The translations under genes were made by a program, and so were the position numbers. A stretch of DNA of 64,000 bases from Acidobacteriota bacterium (GTDB lineage: Bacteria > Acidobacteriota > UBA890 > WLXD01): the NCBI GenBank assembly GCA_965205505.1, contig CBDBHB010000009.1:2752001-2816000 (forward strand), given 5' to 3'. The first letter of the stretch is position 1, and each line of letters opens with the position of its first letter. The notes under the pieces are model-generated. The model ran no database searches. It was given only the letters and a program-made list of their open reading frames with translations, and was not told the origin of the DNA. Shown here one piece after another: positions 49,530 to 60,255 of this stretch.

Positions 49530-50498
49530 ATGGAATGCTCCCCAACAAGATCGCTGCGCGCTGCGACCCTGGTGCTACTTCTTGCATCGCTGCTGCACGC
49601 GGCGTGTGTCGGCAGTCCGGCCGGCGAGAGCGGAGATCGCGCCCCTCAGGCTCCGCCAGCCCGCGTTCACCAGCTGGCGGCAACCCCGGCAACGGTGGCG
49701 TGGGGCTACTACTGGGCCGAGGCCGAGCCAGTGCTACGGATCGAGCCGGGAGACATCGTCGAGGTCGAGACCCTGCTGACCTCGAGCCCGACGAGGCTCG
49801 AGGGGGCGGAGCCGGGCGACACCCTGGAGGTACGGGTGCTCTCCATCGACCTGGCGATCCCATACGCTTACAACGGCTGCAGCGGCTTCATACGGGAGAA
49901 TTGCGACGAGCAGCGGATGCGTATCATCCGGTTCGATGAGAAGCGCATGGTGGCGCCGTTTAGCGCTGGCATCGAGATCCCGTTACGACCCTTCTTCGGC
50001 AGCATGGGGGTGGCGCCGCCACCCGCTGCGGGTCGGATCAGCAGCAACCCGCCGTGGATCCACGCCGGCAACCTCGATAACAAGGAGTTGGTGGCCGGTA
50101 CGACCCTGTTCATCCCGGTGCACGTTCCGGGGGCGCTGTTCGAGGTGGGCGACGGGCACGCCGCCCAAGGTGACGGCGAGGTCGATCAGACGGCGATCGA
50201 GACCTCGCTCGACGGCAGCCTGCAGTTCTTTCTGCACAAGGGTGCGCGACTCGCCTGGCCGCGGGCCGAGACGCCGACTCACTTCATCACCATGGGCATG
50301 GACGAGAACCTCACCGAGGCGACCCGCATCGCCGTTCAGGAAATGGTCGACTTCCTGATGCAGACCCGGAGCCTCGAGCGCGGGGCCGCGTACGCCTTGG
50401 CGAGCATCGCCGCCGACCTGCACATTACCCAGCTCGTCGACGGCAATGTGGATGTTCACATGATGATCGCCAAGGAGATTTTCCCGGAGGCTCGCTAG
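49530..50498 (+). CDS. Acetamidase/formamidase family lipoprotein, apparently with an internal in-frame deletion
   Basis: EGAEPGDTLEV, PFFGSMGVAP, AGNLDNKEL, GDGHAAQGDGEV...AIE. Confidence 0.85.
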   Translation: MECSPTRSLRAATLVLLLASLLHAACVGSPAGESGDRAPQAPPARVHQLAATPATVAWGYYWAEAEPVLRIEPGDIVEVETLLTSSPTRLEGAEPGDTLEVRVLSIDLAIPYAYNGCSGFIRENCDEQRMRIIRFDEKRMVAPFSAGIEIPLRPFFGSMGVAPPPAAGRISSNPPWIHAGNLDNKELVAGTTLFIPVHVPGALFEVGDGHAAQGDGEVDQTAIETSLDGSLQFFLHKGARLAWPRAETPTHFITMGMDENLTEATRIAVQEMVDFLMQTRSLERGAAYALASIAADLHITQLVDGNVDVHMMIAKEIFPEAR

Positions 50499-50523
50499 CC
50501 TGTTAGGGCTCGCCCATCCACAA

Positions 50524-51768
50524 GTGTGCATGGAGCCAGATTCTCGAAGCGGAGGAACCGTGACCTGCCGGCATCCCAACGTGCTCGACGCAGATCCGCG
50601 GCCACTGTTCTTTTCAGTTGGGAACGCCGAAGCCCTCGGCTTGTCGCCGCCGGCCGCTCGCCATGGTGCGTCGGTGCGTACCTGGGTTCGAACGCTCTCC
50701 GGGATGCAGAAGGAGGCGATCACGATCAACGGCGCCGACGATGCCGCCTGGCGGTTCGTCAGCGACGAGGGGCCGTACCTTGCGGGGCACGATGTCGGCC
50801 CGTGCCCGCTTTCGTTCTTTACCACGGGGATGGTGGCTGCGTACACGAACGAGATCCTCGCCGCAGCACGGCAGCACGACGTTGAAATCCGAGATCTGCG
50901 GCTTGTCCTCGACAACTACTACTCGATGCAGGGCAGCGTGCTCCGCGGCACGATGACCGGCGGAGCGTTGGCGCCGGAGCTGCGTGTGGAGATCGACGCA
51001 GACGCGTCGGAGTCGGTCTTGCAGCGTCTCGTTGCGAAGGCGGTGCGAGCCGCGCCGGTTATCGGGCTGCTTCGCGGAGTGCACGAGAGCCTGTTCACGC
51101 TGAGTCACAACGGTGTCGAGATCGTGCCGGCGAGGGTGAAACAACTCCGAGGCGCGCCCCAGCCGGATCCGGCGGATGGTTTCTCTGAAGTCCGTATTGC
51201 GGGGGAGCCCGCCGGTGACCTGATCCGAAAGCTTGCCGAGGCCGAGAGGGTCGAGAACGAGCCCGGCGGGATCAACACCAGCCTCACCGAAAGTCAGGAC
51301 CGCCGGCTTCACTGCCGCGGCGTGTGCACTGTTCGTGACGATGGTGTGCGGCAGATCGACCAGACGCTGTTCAAACCGATCGGCTCGAGCTTCCGCTTTC
51401 TTTCTGAGGAGGATACGGTGTCCGGTTGCGGCCGCCGGGCCCCGGACGCCGCAAGCTACATCTCCGCCGGTATTGCCTTCTGCTTCATGACGCAGTTCGG
51501 CAGGTACGCAGACATCGTCAAGCATGAGCTCGGCGCCTGTCGGGTGGTGCAAGACACCTACTTCTCGCTAGCGGGAGCGAGCGGTGGGCCGGACTTCGCA
51601 GGAGTGGCAGATGCGGTCGAGACGCACGTCTGCCTGGAGACATCTGACGACGACGCGTTTGCCCGTACCGCGCTGGCCATGAGCGAGCAGACTTGTTTCC
51701 TACATGCGCTGTGCCGCACAGATCTCGACACGAGCGTCGACGTTCGGAGTGTGGCTAGTGGCCCGTAA
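50524..51768 (+). CDS. Tandem OsmC-like domain protein; start uncertain
   Basis: SDEG...GHDVGPCPLSFF and second SEE...APDAASYISAGIAFCFMTQ...EQTCFLH. Confidence 0.7.
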   Translation: MCMEPDSRSGGTVTCRHPNVLDADPRPLFFSVGNAEALGLSPPAARHGASVRTWVRTLSGMQKEAITINGADDAAWRFVSDEGPYLAGHDVGPCPLSFFTTGMVAAYTNEILAAARQHDVEIRDLRLVLDNYYSMQGSVLRGTMTGGALAPELRVEIDADASESVLQRLVAKAVRAAPVIGLLRGVHESLFTLSHNGVEIVPARVKQLRGAPQPDPADGFSEVRIAGEPAGDLIRKLAEAERVENEPGGINTSLTESQDRRLHCRGVCTVRDDGVRQIDQTLFKPIGSSFRFLSEEDTVSGCGRRAPDAASYISAGIAFCFMTQFGRYADIVKHELGACRVVQDTYFSLAGASGGPDFAGVADAVETHVCLETSDDDAFARTALAMSEQTCFLHALCRTDLDTSVDVRSVASGP

Positions 51769-51837
51769 CGACCGAAGGGTTAGTGCAGCGGATTCCTTGT
51801 AGAACCGGCCCCGCTAGGCGGGCCACAGGAGACACAT

Positions 51838-53451
51838 ATGCGAGCGATCCACCTTCTCATCGGTGTGCGACCGGCTTCGATCTCGCTCCTCGCCGCCCTG
51901 GTGGTCGGCCTAGTGCTCCCCGGCGCGTTGGCGGCGCAGACGCTGAGCCTGACAGAAGCGACCATCGCCGACATCAGCGCGGCACTCGACGCGGGCACGC
52001 TCACATCCGAGGCGCTCCTGCAGCAGTATCTGGCGAGGATTGCCGCGTACGACGAGCAGGGGCCGGAGCTCAACGCGATTCTCTGGCTGAACCGCGATGC
52101 CCTCGAGACGGCGCGAGTGCTGGATCGAGAGCGTCGCGAGAGCGGCCCCCGCTCCCGACTTCACGGGATCCCGGTGGTGCTGAAGGACAACGTGGATACG
52201 CACGACATGCCGACCACGGCGGGATCGGTGCTGCTTGCCGGGTCGATCCCGCCCGACGACGCGTTCATCGTCCGTAAGCTGCGGGCTGCCGGTGCGATCA
52301 TTCTGGCGAAGCTGAACATGAGCGAGTTTGCCTCGGGCGTTCCGATGAGCTCGATGGGCGGTTACACACGCAACCCACACAGCCTGACGCGTACTCCGTC
52401 CGGTTCCTCGGGCGGTACGGGCGTCGCCATCGCCGCCGCGTTCGGGCAGATCGGCATCGGCACTGATACGGGTGGGTCGGTGCGCGGCCCGTCAGCCGCA
52501 AACGGGATTGTGGGGCTGAAGACCACCCACGGTCTCGTGAGTCGGGACGGCATCGTGCCGCTGGGTCTCTCTTTCGACACCGCCGGTCCCATGGCTAGGC
52601 ATGTCTACGACGTCGCGGCGATGCTCACCGCCCTGGCTGGGGTGGATCCCGCCGACGACTCGACACGAAAGAGCGAGGGGAACGTCATGGCTGACTACAC
52701 CATGGCGCTCGATACCAACGCGCTCGAGGGGGCGCGAGTTGGTATCGCGCGCGGCTTTCTCGGGCAGGATCAGGAGGTCGACTGGATCATCGAGGCGTCG
52801 TTGCAGGCTATGCGCGACGCCGGCGCCGAAGTCGTCGACGTGAAGTTTCCCGAATGGCTCCTCGAGGCGCGCGGCGACATGTACACGACCATTCGCTGGC
52901 GAGAGTTTCGGGTCCAGATCGCCGAGTATCTGAGCACGCTGGGCGAGGAGTACCCGAAGACGCTCGCCGAGCTCATCGAGCGCTCGCAGAAGATTACCGC
53001 CCGCACGGAATACGGGGCGCAGCCAAACCCGACGCGTTGGGCACTGATGCAGAAGGAGGAAGAGAGCGGCGAGGTGACCGACAGTGAGTACCTCGCCGTT
53101 CGAGATCACGGACTGGCCCTCGTGCGCGCTATCGTCAACGGCATCCTCGCCGAATCCGAGCTCGACGCCATCGTCTATCCGACCCGACCAACACGCCCGA
53201 GTCTCGTGGAGGGCAGCAGCGGCGGCGGCGGGAGGTCGGTGACCAACATCGCCAACCTCACCGGGTTTCCCGATCTGACCGTGCCAGCCGGTTTTACCAG
53301 CAACCGGCTGCCGGTGAATATCTCCTTCCTGGGCGCCGCCTTCGCCGAAGCGCGACTGCTGGCGATTGGCTATGCGTTCGAGCAATTGACCAAAGCACGC
53401 CGCGACCCTCTGCATACCCCGGCTCTGCCGGGCGAAGGGATCGAGCAGTAG
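51838..53451 (+). CDS. Amidase-signature family enzyme, secreted
   Basis: LHGIPVVLKDN, PSGSSGG, GTDTGGSVRGP. Confidence 0.93.
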   Translation: MRAIHLLIGVRPASISLLAALVVGLVLPGALAAQTLSLTEATIADISAALDAGTLTSEALLQQYLARIAAYDEQGPELNAILWLNRDALETARVLDRERRESGPRSRLHGIPVVLKDNVDTHDMPTTAGSVLLAGSIPPDDAFIVRKLRAAGAIILAKLNMSEFASGVPMSSMGGYTRNPHSLTRTPSGSSGGTGVAIAAAFGQIGIGTDTGGSVRGPSAANGIVGLKTTHGLVSRDGIVPLGLSFDTAGPMARHVYDVAAMLTALAGVDPADDSTRKSEGNVMADYTMALDTNALEGARVGIARGFLGQDQEVDWIIEASLQAMRDAGAEVVDVKFPEWLLEARGDMYTTIRWREFRVQIAEYLSTLGEEYPKTLAELIERSQKITARTEYGAQPNPTRWALMQKEEESGEVTDSEYLAVRDHGLALVRAIVNGILAESELDAIVYPTRPTRPSLVEGSSGGGGRSVTNIANLTGFPDLTVPAGFTSNRLPVNISFLGAAFAEARLLAIGYAFEQLTKARRDPLHTPALPGEGIEQ

Positions 53452-53599
53452 TCGATACAGGAGCCCTACGGGCAACGCGCGCCGCGCTTGTTGACAGGCT
53501 GCCGTGGCGCGTGGTCGGATTAAATCTCGCCCGAGGGCATTGACCCGGTCGTGGTGGCCGGCAGCCCGCGTAGCACGACCTTGTCGATGGGGGCCGGGA

Positions 53600-54848
53600 A
53601 TGCGAGCGATTGGGAAGATCAGACCGTTGGTCATCGTCACGTTGGGGGCCACCCTGCTGTTGCACGGACCGGGCCTTCAGGCCGGCGCCCAAACGGGCGA
53701 GTACGTCGAGCTGTTCAGCATCGCGGCAAGCGCACGCGAACCGGTCCCCGCGAGCATCCTGGGTACCGCCATGCCGGGATCCGTGGAGCGCCTAGACATC
53801 GATCTCGAAGCGCTGAGATCGTCCTCGGGCGGATTTCCGCTGGGTACGTATGACGTTCCGACAAGGCCTCGTCAGCCTGCGTGTAGCGCGCGACGAGATG
53901 GAGTGGTCGAACGATCGGACGCTTTCGTGGTTCGGCAAGATCGAGAACGATGGAGGCTCGGTGCTCCTGTCGATACACCGCGACGCGGTGTTCGGGCGCA
54001 TCGAAACCGGGGCCGGAGTCTACAAGATCGAGCCGGCCGGCAGAGGCTACTGGCTGTACCAGCTCGATTTTTCCAGGGCGGCCCAGGTGGACTTCGGAGG
54101 AGTAGAGTCCCGGTTCCCCTACGAGGTTGACGGGGGCACCGACCGGGCTGCTCAGACGTCGGCTAAGACGACGATCACCGTGCTGATTGTCTACACGAAC
54201 GGCTTCAAGGCGGCCTACCCACGCTCTGAGCTGAAGGCACAGATTAATCTGCTGGTGAATACGGCGAACCTCTCATTCAAGAACAGCAAAGCAAAGATCA
54301 AGCTGAAGGTGGTCGGTAGAAAGCTGCATAAATACCCCGACGGCGGCGACCTCAATGCGGCATTGGATGACTTTGAGGATGGAGTAGGCGTCTTCCGCAA
54401 GGTTCCCGGGTGGCGGGACAAGTTTGCCGCCGACCTGGTCATGCTTCTTCGCGTGCTCAAGGAAGACAACACGAGTTGTGGGCTCGCGGAGTTCATGGCT
54501 CAGCTTAGCGCCAGCTTTGCTCCCCGCGGCTATTCGGTGGTGCAAGTAGGCCGGATTGATTTGGGCGGGGGGACGTTTAACTTCTGTCGCGATCAGACCG
54601 CTGCACACGAGATCGGCCATAACCTGGGATGCAATCACAATGACGGCGACATGGGTATCTTTCCGTTCTCCCTTGGCCATGTGTTCGGTGCGTTCGGCAG
54701 CGTAATGTCCACAAGAGGTGGTGTGACCACGGTGAGCCACTTCTCCAACCCCAAGGTGAAATATCAGGGGTTGAAGACCGGCACTGCGAAGCTCAACAAC
54801 GCCAAGTCTCTCAACTTGGTTCGCGAAGTGGCCGCTGATTGGCGATAG
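53600..54848 (+). CDS. Secreted reprolysin-like (M12B) metallopeptidase, frameshift near 53850
   Basis: Signal peptide and prodomain in ORF 53504; ORF 53850 has ADLVMLL, CGLA, HEIGHNLGCNH, Met-turn SVMS, FSNP. Confidence 0.8.
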
Positions 54849-54963
54849 CTCACGGGGTTTGTCCGCTCACCGAGCCGCTCGGGAGTTGGGGTTCCCCCAG
54901 CTACATGCGGCGTGACTCTGTGCGTATGCTGAGCCGGGTAGGCCGGATGGGTCCAGCAGTAGA

Positions 54964-56592
54964 TTGATGATCGAAACCATACGACCCCGGTTCGGAATCG
55001 GCTGGTTTGCCGTTGGGTGCCTGCTGCTCGCCGCGGGGGCCGGGGGCGCGGCGCGGGCAGCGCCGCAGGCCTCAGAGGAGCCGCCGCTCGATCTGATCAT
55101 CCGGGGCGGGCGTGTGTTCGACGGTAGCGGAAATCCCTGGATCCTTGCTGACGTTGGCATTCAGGGCGAGCGAATCGTCGCGGTGGGCGATCTTTCCGAT
55201 GCCTCGGCCGAGGTCGAGATCGAGGCTACCGGGCTCTACGTGGCACCAGGCTTTATCGATGTCCATTCGCATGCCCTCGCCGGGTTGATCACCGAGGATC
55301 GTAGCGCTGCCGCGACGCTGCTGTACCAGGGTCTGACGACGGTGGTGATCAATCCCGACGGGGGTGGCGGCCTCGATATCGGCGAGCAACGAGACGCCCT
55401 GCTGGCGCACGGCCTCGGCGTGAACGTCGCCCAGATGGTCGGTCATGGAACTGTCCGTGGCGCGGTGCTCGGCATGGAGGATCGCGCTCCGACGGCCGAT
55501 GAGCTGGCACAGATGATGGCGATCGTGCGCGGGGCCATGGAGGATGGAGCATTCGGGCTATCCAGCGGCCTGTTCTATACGCCGGGCAGCTATGCCGAGC
55601 TCGACGAGGTGATCGAGCTTGCTAAGGTCGTTGCTGAGCTCGGGGGCGCCTACGGCGCCCACATCCGCGACGAGGCCGACTATACGATCGGCGTCGTCGC
55701 CGCGGTCGACGAGGTTATCCAGGTGGCACGCGAAGCCGGCATTCCCGGTGTGGTCACCCACATCAAAGCGCTTGGGCCGAACGCTTGGGGTGAATCGGAG
55801 ACGATCGTCGAGCGGATCGACGCGGCCCGAGCCGAGGGCGTGGAGATGTACGCCGACCAGTATCCCTACGAGGCTTCGAGCACGGGGCTGTCCGCGGCCC
55901 TGTTGCCGCGCTGGTCGCAAGCCGGGGGCAGCGACGTGCAGGCGCGGCGCTTTGCCGACCGCGAAACCCGCGCACGCATTCGCCAGGCGATGGTCGACAA
56001 CCTGGCGCGGCGGGGCGGTGCTGATCGAATCCAGTTCACCGGCGGAGGTCCGGAGATGGAAGGCAGAACGCTGCAGTCGCTAGCCGATCAGCAACGAACA
56101 CATCCCATCGACGTGGCCATCGAGATCATCACCGGCGGGCTACCCGGCTCGGTCATCTCGTTCAACATGCACACCGACGATCTTCGCAGGCTGATGGTAC
56201 AGCCGTGGACGATGACCTCCTCCGACGGAGGATTGCCAACTTTCGGCGCCGGTAAGCCGCACCCGCGATCCTACGGCACCTACCCTCGCAAGATCCGCAA
56301 GTATGTGCTCGAGGATGGTTTCGTTACGCTACCGGCGGCGATTCGCAGCATGACCAGCCTTCCGGCGACCGCCTACCGCATCGAGGAACGGGGGTTCATC
56401 CGATCCGGGACCTTTGCGGATGTCGTGGTCTTTGATCTCGATCGGATAACTGACCGGGCAACCTATACCGACCCGCATCAGTACTCCGAGGGTATCGTCC
56501 ACGTTCTCGTCAACGGCGGCGTTGCACTGCGCGACGGTGAGCCGACCGGGGCGAGATCCGGCGTCGTGCTACGGCGGAACGGCGCGAAGTAG
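54964..56592 (+). CDS. N-acyl-D-amino-acid deacylase (D-aminoacylase family), secreted
   Basis: APGFIDVHSH, GLSSGLFY.PG, HIRDE, THIK, DQYPY, SSDG, PHPRSYGTYPR. Confidence 0.92.
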   Translation: MMIETIRPRFGIGWFAVGCLLLAAGAGGAARAAPQASEEPPLDLIIRGGRVFDGSGNPWILADVGIQGERIVAVGDLSDASAEVEIEATGLYVAPGFIDVHSHALAGLITEDRSAAATLLYQGLTTVVINPDGGGGLDIGEQRDALLAHGLGVNVAQMVGHGTVRGAVLGMEDRAPTADELAQMMAIVRGAMEDGAFGLSSGLFYTPGSYAELDEVIELAKVVAELGGAYGAHIRDEADYTIGVVAAVDEVIQVAREAGIPGVVTHIKALGPNAWGESETIVERIDAARAEGVEMYADQYPYEASSTGLSAALLPRWSQAGGSDVQARRFADRETRARIRQAMVDNLARRGGADRIQFTGGGPEMEGRTLQSLADQQRTHPIDVAIEIITGGLPGSVISFNMHTDDLRRLMVQPWTMTSSDGGLPTFGAGKPHPRSYGTYPRKIRKYVLEDGFVTLPAAIRSMTSLPATAYRIEERGFIRSGTFADVVVFDLDRITDRATYTDPHQYSEGIVHVLVNGGVALRDGEPTGARSGVVLRRNGAK

Positions 56593-56620
56593 ATTGGCGC
56601 GACACCACCCCCGAGAGCCG

Positions 56621-58330
56621 ATGGCCGGGTCCCCCATGGTCATACGCACGGACACTCCGTCGTACGAGACGCTCGAAGACGAGTTCAGATGGTGCGTCCC
56701 GGAGCGCTTCAACATCACCGAGGCGGTATGCACACGCCACGCTCGGTCGATCCCGGATTCCCCCGCGGTGATCGAGGACGATCCCGTGAACGGGCACCGG
56801 ATCGTCAGCTTCGCCGAGCTCGAGACACGGTCGAGTCGGGTGGCGGTAGGGTTGCGGGCCCGCGGCATCGGAACCGGCGACCGGGTCGCGATTACCCTGG
56901 AGCAGGGTGCCGACGCTCTGGCGGTGCACCTGGCGTGCTTCAAGATCGGCGCCATCTCGGTACCGATCGCATCGCTCTATGGCACTGAGGGATTGGCCTA
57001 TCGACTCAACGACTGTGGAGCGCGCCTGCTGGTTACCGACCTGGTCGGCGCAACGAAGCTGCACCCGCCAGCAGGGACCAGCCGACGGGAACGGCTGCCG
57101 GCGCTCGAACACGTCGCCGTTGCTGCCAGCGCAGCTGGGTTCCCGCCGGCCGCCGACCCGACCGCGATCGCCACGATACCCGGGGCTTTTCCGCTCGACG
57201 AGCTCAACGCGGCACGCGACGATCCGGCTGGGGCTCGGTGTGCGGCGAGCGGGGCCGACGACCCGGCGATCCTCTTCTACACATCGGGCACAACGGGACC
57301 CGCGGCGGGTGTGCTCCATGCCCACCGTGTGCTCATCGGCCATCTGCCAGGCTTCCAGATGGTGTTCGACCTAGCGCCACGCCCGGCAGATATCTTCTGG
57401 ACTCCGTCGGTATGGTCGTGGGTGGCATCGCTGGTTGAGTTGGTGCTTCCGGCGCTGTACTTCGGGTGTCCTGTCGTTGCGAGCGCCGAGCGGTTTTCGA
57501 TCCGGGGTGCGTACCGGATCCTCTCGGCGCACGGCGTCACGTGTCCTTTTCTTGCACCCGCAGCGTTGCGCCGCATGCGGGCGGAGCCCCCAGCACTTGA
57601 CGTGCAGTTCGCGCTCCGAGCCGTGATGACCGGCGGCGAGGTGTCTCCGCCAGAGGTCCTCGAGTGGACCCATCGGGCCCTCGGCGCCACCGTCAACGAC
57701 ATCTACGGCCAGACCGAGGTCAACCACATCGCCACCGGGTGCAGTGCCCTTTTCGAAACGCCGAATGGTGCCATTGGCAAGGTCGTTGCCGGACGCCGAG
57801 CCCGAATCGTGGATGAGGATGGCCAGGAGGTTGAACCGGGTGCGTTGGGCGAGATCGCCGTGCACCGTGACGACCCTGTCGTCATGCTCGAGTACTGGAA
57901 TCGGCCGGAGCAAAGCGCAGCGAAGTTTGGCGACGGCTGGATTCGTACTGGCGATGCGGGCTGCGTCGATGCCGACGGCTTCCTGTACTTCGCCGGTCGC
58001 CTCGACGACATGATCACGGCGAGCGGCTATCGCATCGGTCCAGAAGAGGTGGAGGGAGCGCTTCTGGCTCACGACGCCGTGATGGAGGCGGGCGTTGTAG
58101 GCCTGCCGGATCTCGACCGAGGTGAGATCGTGGCCGCGTGTGTGCGGCTCAAGCCTGGTTTCGAGCCCAGCGACTCGCTCGCCGTGGAGCTGCAAGACTT
58201 CGTCAAGACTCGGCTGGCGGCGCACGCGCGCCCTCGGAGGCTCGAGTTCGTGAGCTCGCTCCCCGCCACCTCGAGCGGCAAGACGCGCCGTGCGGAGATC
58301 AGGAGTCGGCTGCTTGCCGGGGACGCTTGA
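56621..58330 (+). CDS. Acyl-CoA synthetase (AMP-binding)
   Basis: YTSGTTG, YGQTE, TGD, GRLDDMITASGYRIGP.EVE, SGK. Confidence 0.92.
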   Translation: MAGSPMVIRTDTPSYETLEDEFRWCVPERFNITEAVCTRHARSIPDSPAVIEDDPVNGHRIVSFAELETRSSRVAVGLRARGIGTGDRVAITLEQGADALAVHLACFKIGAISVPIASLYGTEGLAYRLNDCGARLLVTDLVGATKLHPPAGTSRRERLPALEHVAVAASAAGFPPAADPTAIATIPGAFPLDELNAARDDPAGARCAASGADDPAILFYTSGTTGPAAGVLHAHRVLIGHLPGFQMVFDLAPRPADIFWTPSVWSWVASLVELVLPALYFGCPVVASAERFSIRGAYRILSAHGVTCPFLAPAALRRMRAEPPALDVQFALRAVMTGGEVSPPEVLEWTHRALGATVNDIYGQTEVNHIATGCSALFETPNGAIGKVVAGRRARIVDEDGQEVEPGALGEIAVHRDDPVVMLEYWNRPEQSAAKFGDGWIRTGDAGCVDADGFLYFAGRLDDMITASGYRIGPEEVEGALLAHDAVMEAGVVGLPDLDRGEIVAACVRLKPGFEPSDSLAVELQDFVKTRLAAHARPRRLEFVSSLPATSSGKTRRAEIRSRLLAGDA

Positions 58331-58405
58331 GCCAACCCCACCCGGCTCCGGCGTGCGGGCGGCTCGACCTTCGATCAGCTGGTTGCCGTGCGCTGCCTTT
58401 GTAGC

Positions 58406-59032
58406 TCAGGCCGGTCGGTAATCCGGGTTGTCCCACACGATGAGCACGGCCCAGTTACCGACCGCGTCGTCGCCCATGTAATCTGGGATAGCCGCCCGGG
58501 GCTGGAAGCCACGGGCGATCTGGAAGGTCAGCGTCCGATCGAATAGCTCGCCGGCCGAGACACGCCGGATGTACTCTTCGGCGCTCATCGACTCGATGTG
58601 ATCGGCGTAGCCGGGAATGACCCCGCCGGCCACGATGCCACGACGGTTGTAGGTGCGGACCACCTCCTTGCGCAGCCTGTACAGCTCGGTGCCGATGCCC
58701 TGGCTGCGATACTCCGGCAGCACGCTGATGTCGATGCCGTAATACCACCCGCCATCGGGATCGTGGTTGGCGCACTGGTGCTTGCCAGCGAGTTCCTCCA
58801 GCGAGTGGGCACCGGCGTCGAAGTCGAAATCGAGGAAGATCCCCAGACCCATGCCGACGGGCTCGTCGCCATCGAGCGCCACGAAGCCACCCTCCGGAAA
58901 CACCGTGCAATAGAAGCGGACGTCGTCCTCTGAGAGCAGGTCGAATCCACTGAGGTTGGGGAAAGCGCGGCGCTCGATCATCGCGCACGCTGCGGCGTGA
59001 CGGGGCTCGATGTGGACGTAGCGGATCACCAT
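58406..59032 (-). CDS. GNAT N-acetyltransferase (YkwB-like)
   Basis: FPEG.FVA, HDPDG.WYYGIDISVLPEYRSQGIGT.LY, GGVIPGY, DRTLTFQ. Confidence 0.85.
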   Translation of the reverse strand: MVIRYVHIEPRHAAACAMIERRAFPNLSGFDLLSEDDVRFYCTVFPEGGFVALDGDEPVGMGLGIFLDFDFDAGAHSLEELAGKHQCANHDPDGGWYYGIDISVLPEYRSQGIGTELYRLRKEVVRTYNRRGIVAGGVIPGYADHIESMSAEEYIRRVSAGELFDRTLTFQIARGFQPRAAIPDYMGDDAVGNWAVLIVWDNPDYRPA

Positions 59033-59036
59033 GGCG

Positions 59037-60164
59037 TCAGGCCAGGATCGGGATCCTGTAAAACTCGTTCATGCTGGGGAGCCCCCACACGGCCCATACG
59101 TCGGAGGTGCGCGGCCGCATGATGGCTGCGCCGCTGGATTCGAAGCGATAGGGATCCCTGGCCACCTGACAGATGGCACTCGGCTCGCGGGTGAGTGCCA
59201 TGAGGTCCTGCGGCATGATGTCGTGGTGGTCGAGAAGATCGATAGCTTTCCGCAGTCGGCTCATCGAGCTGTCCTGTAGGCAGGTGGGGCGCCGACCCTG
59301 TCCCGCGGTGGCGGCGGGCGTCAACGTATGGTTGGTGTGCACCAACGGATCTGCGTTCAGCTGCGTGACGGGCCGTTGCGTAGGCATCGCTTCGACGTTG
59401 TATCCGACGCCGCTACGGTCGAACAGCAGGAAGTTGTGGCCTCCCGCTAGGTTGGCTTCCAGGATTACATCGCGGGCATCGGTCGCCGTAGGTTGCATGA
59501 GTGCGTGGCGCACTACGAACGGCCAGGTGACTCCGATACGACCATCGGCAGCGGTGAGATTGTTGATTCCGACGCAGACGCCGAGCTCGTTGATGCCGAA
59601 CTGCCCGACGCACCCCGTGGTGGTGAACACCAGGGCGGCTGGACCGTTCTCGGGTGCGAGCCGCAGCAACAACACGTAGTCGGTCGCGCTGTCGTGCATG
59701 TCCCAGGTCTGGCCGAGGAAGCCGGCGCCGGCCGCTCGGTGGTCCGGCACGATGAACGCGGTGCAGTGGTCCTCCGTAGCAGCCGCGAGGGGCACATCTC
59801 CAGAGCTGTTTCGCACAATGTCGAGGAAATCGGTGAATCCTCCAACCAGCACGATCTCGGCAGGGGTAATTCCCGCACCTTCAGCGATGCCGACCATCTC
59901 TGTGTATAGCGCGGCGGAATGCGCCTCGTGGGCGGGAAGACACGCCCTGGCCAGGTCCAGAACGTCGGACCGGGAGCGTCCGCCCCACAGCGTGGACGAA
60001 AGCAGGTTCAAGCGATCCTGCGCGTAAGTGCGAATCTCCTCCGCGTGGGCCCGGCCGTGCGCGTATCCCATCGCCGCTGGCGACCCCACCACATCCAGCA
60101 CTCGAATCGGAGGGCGTTTCAAGATCAACCTCCAGCCAGGTTGCCCTCGTGGCTGCGGAGCCAC
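59037..60164 (-). CDS. C45 family autoproteolytic acyltransferase/hydrolase
   Basis: GYAHG, nucleophile context DH/CTAF, GQTWD, GINELGV, HTNH. Confidence 0.85.
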   Translation of the reverse strand: MAPQPRGQPGWRLILKRPPIRVLDVVGSPAAMGYAHGRAHAEEIRTYAQDRLNLLSSTLWGGRSRSDVLDLARACLPAHEAHSAALYTEMVGIAEGAGITPAEIVLVGGFTDFLDIVRNSSGDVPLAAATEDHCTAFIVPDHRAAGAGFLGQTWDMHDSATDYVLLLRLAPENGPAALVFTTTGCVGQFGINELGVCVGINNLTAADGRIGVTWPFVVRHALMQPTATDARDVILEANLAGGHNFLLFDRSGVGYNVEAMPTQRPVTQLNADPLVHTNHTLTPAATAGQGRRPTCLQDSSMSRLRKAIDLLDHHDIMPQDLMALTREPSAICQVARDPYRFESSGAAIMRPRTSDVWAVWGLPSMNEFYRIPILA

Positions 60165-60255
60165 TCGGCAGACTACGCCGTGCCACCGGCTTCCCTAGAA
60201 TAGATCGGCTCCCCAGTCACCGACAACGAAACGTGAACCCTGACCGGACCTACCT

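Noticed and set aside
60165-60255. THF or ZTP riboswitch upstream of fhs
   Set aside because: Short divergent intergenic region without the consensus
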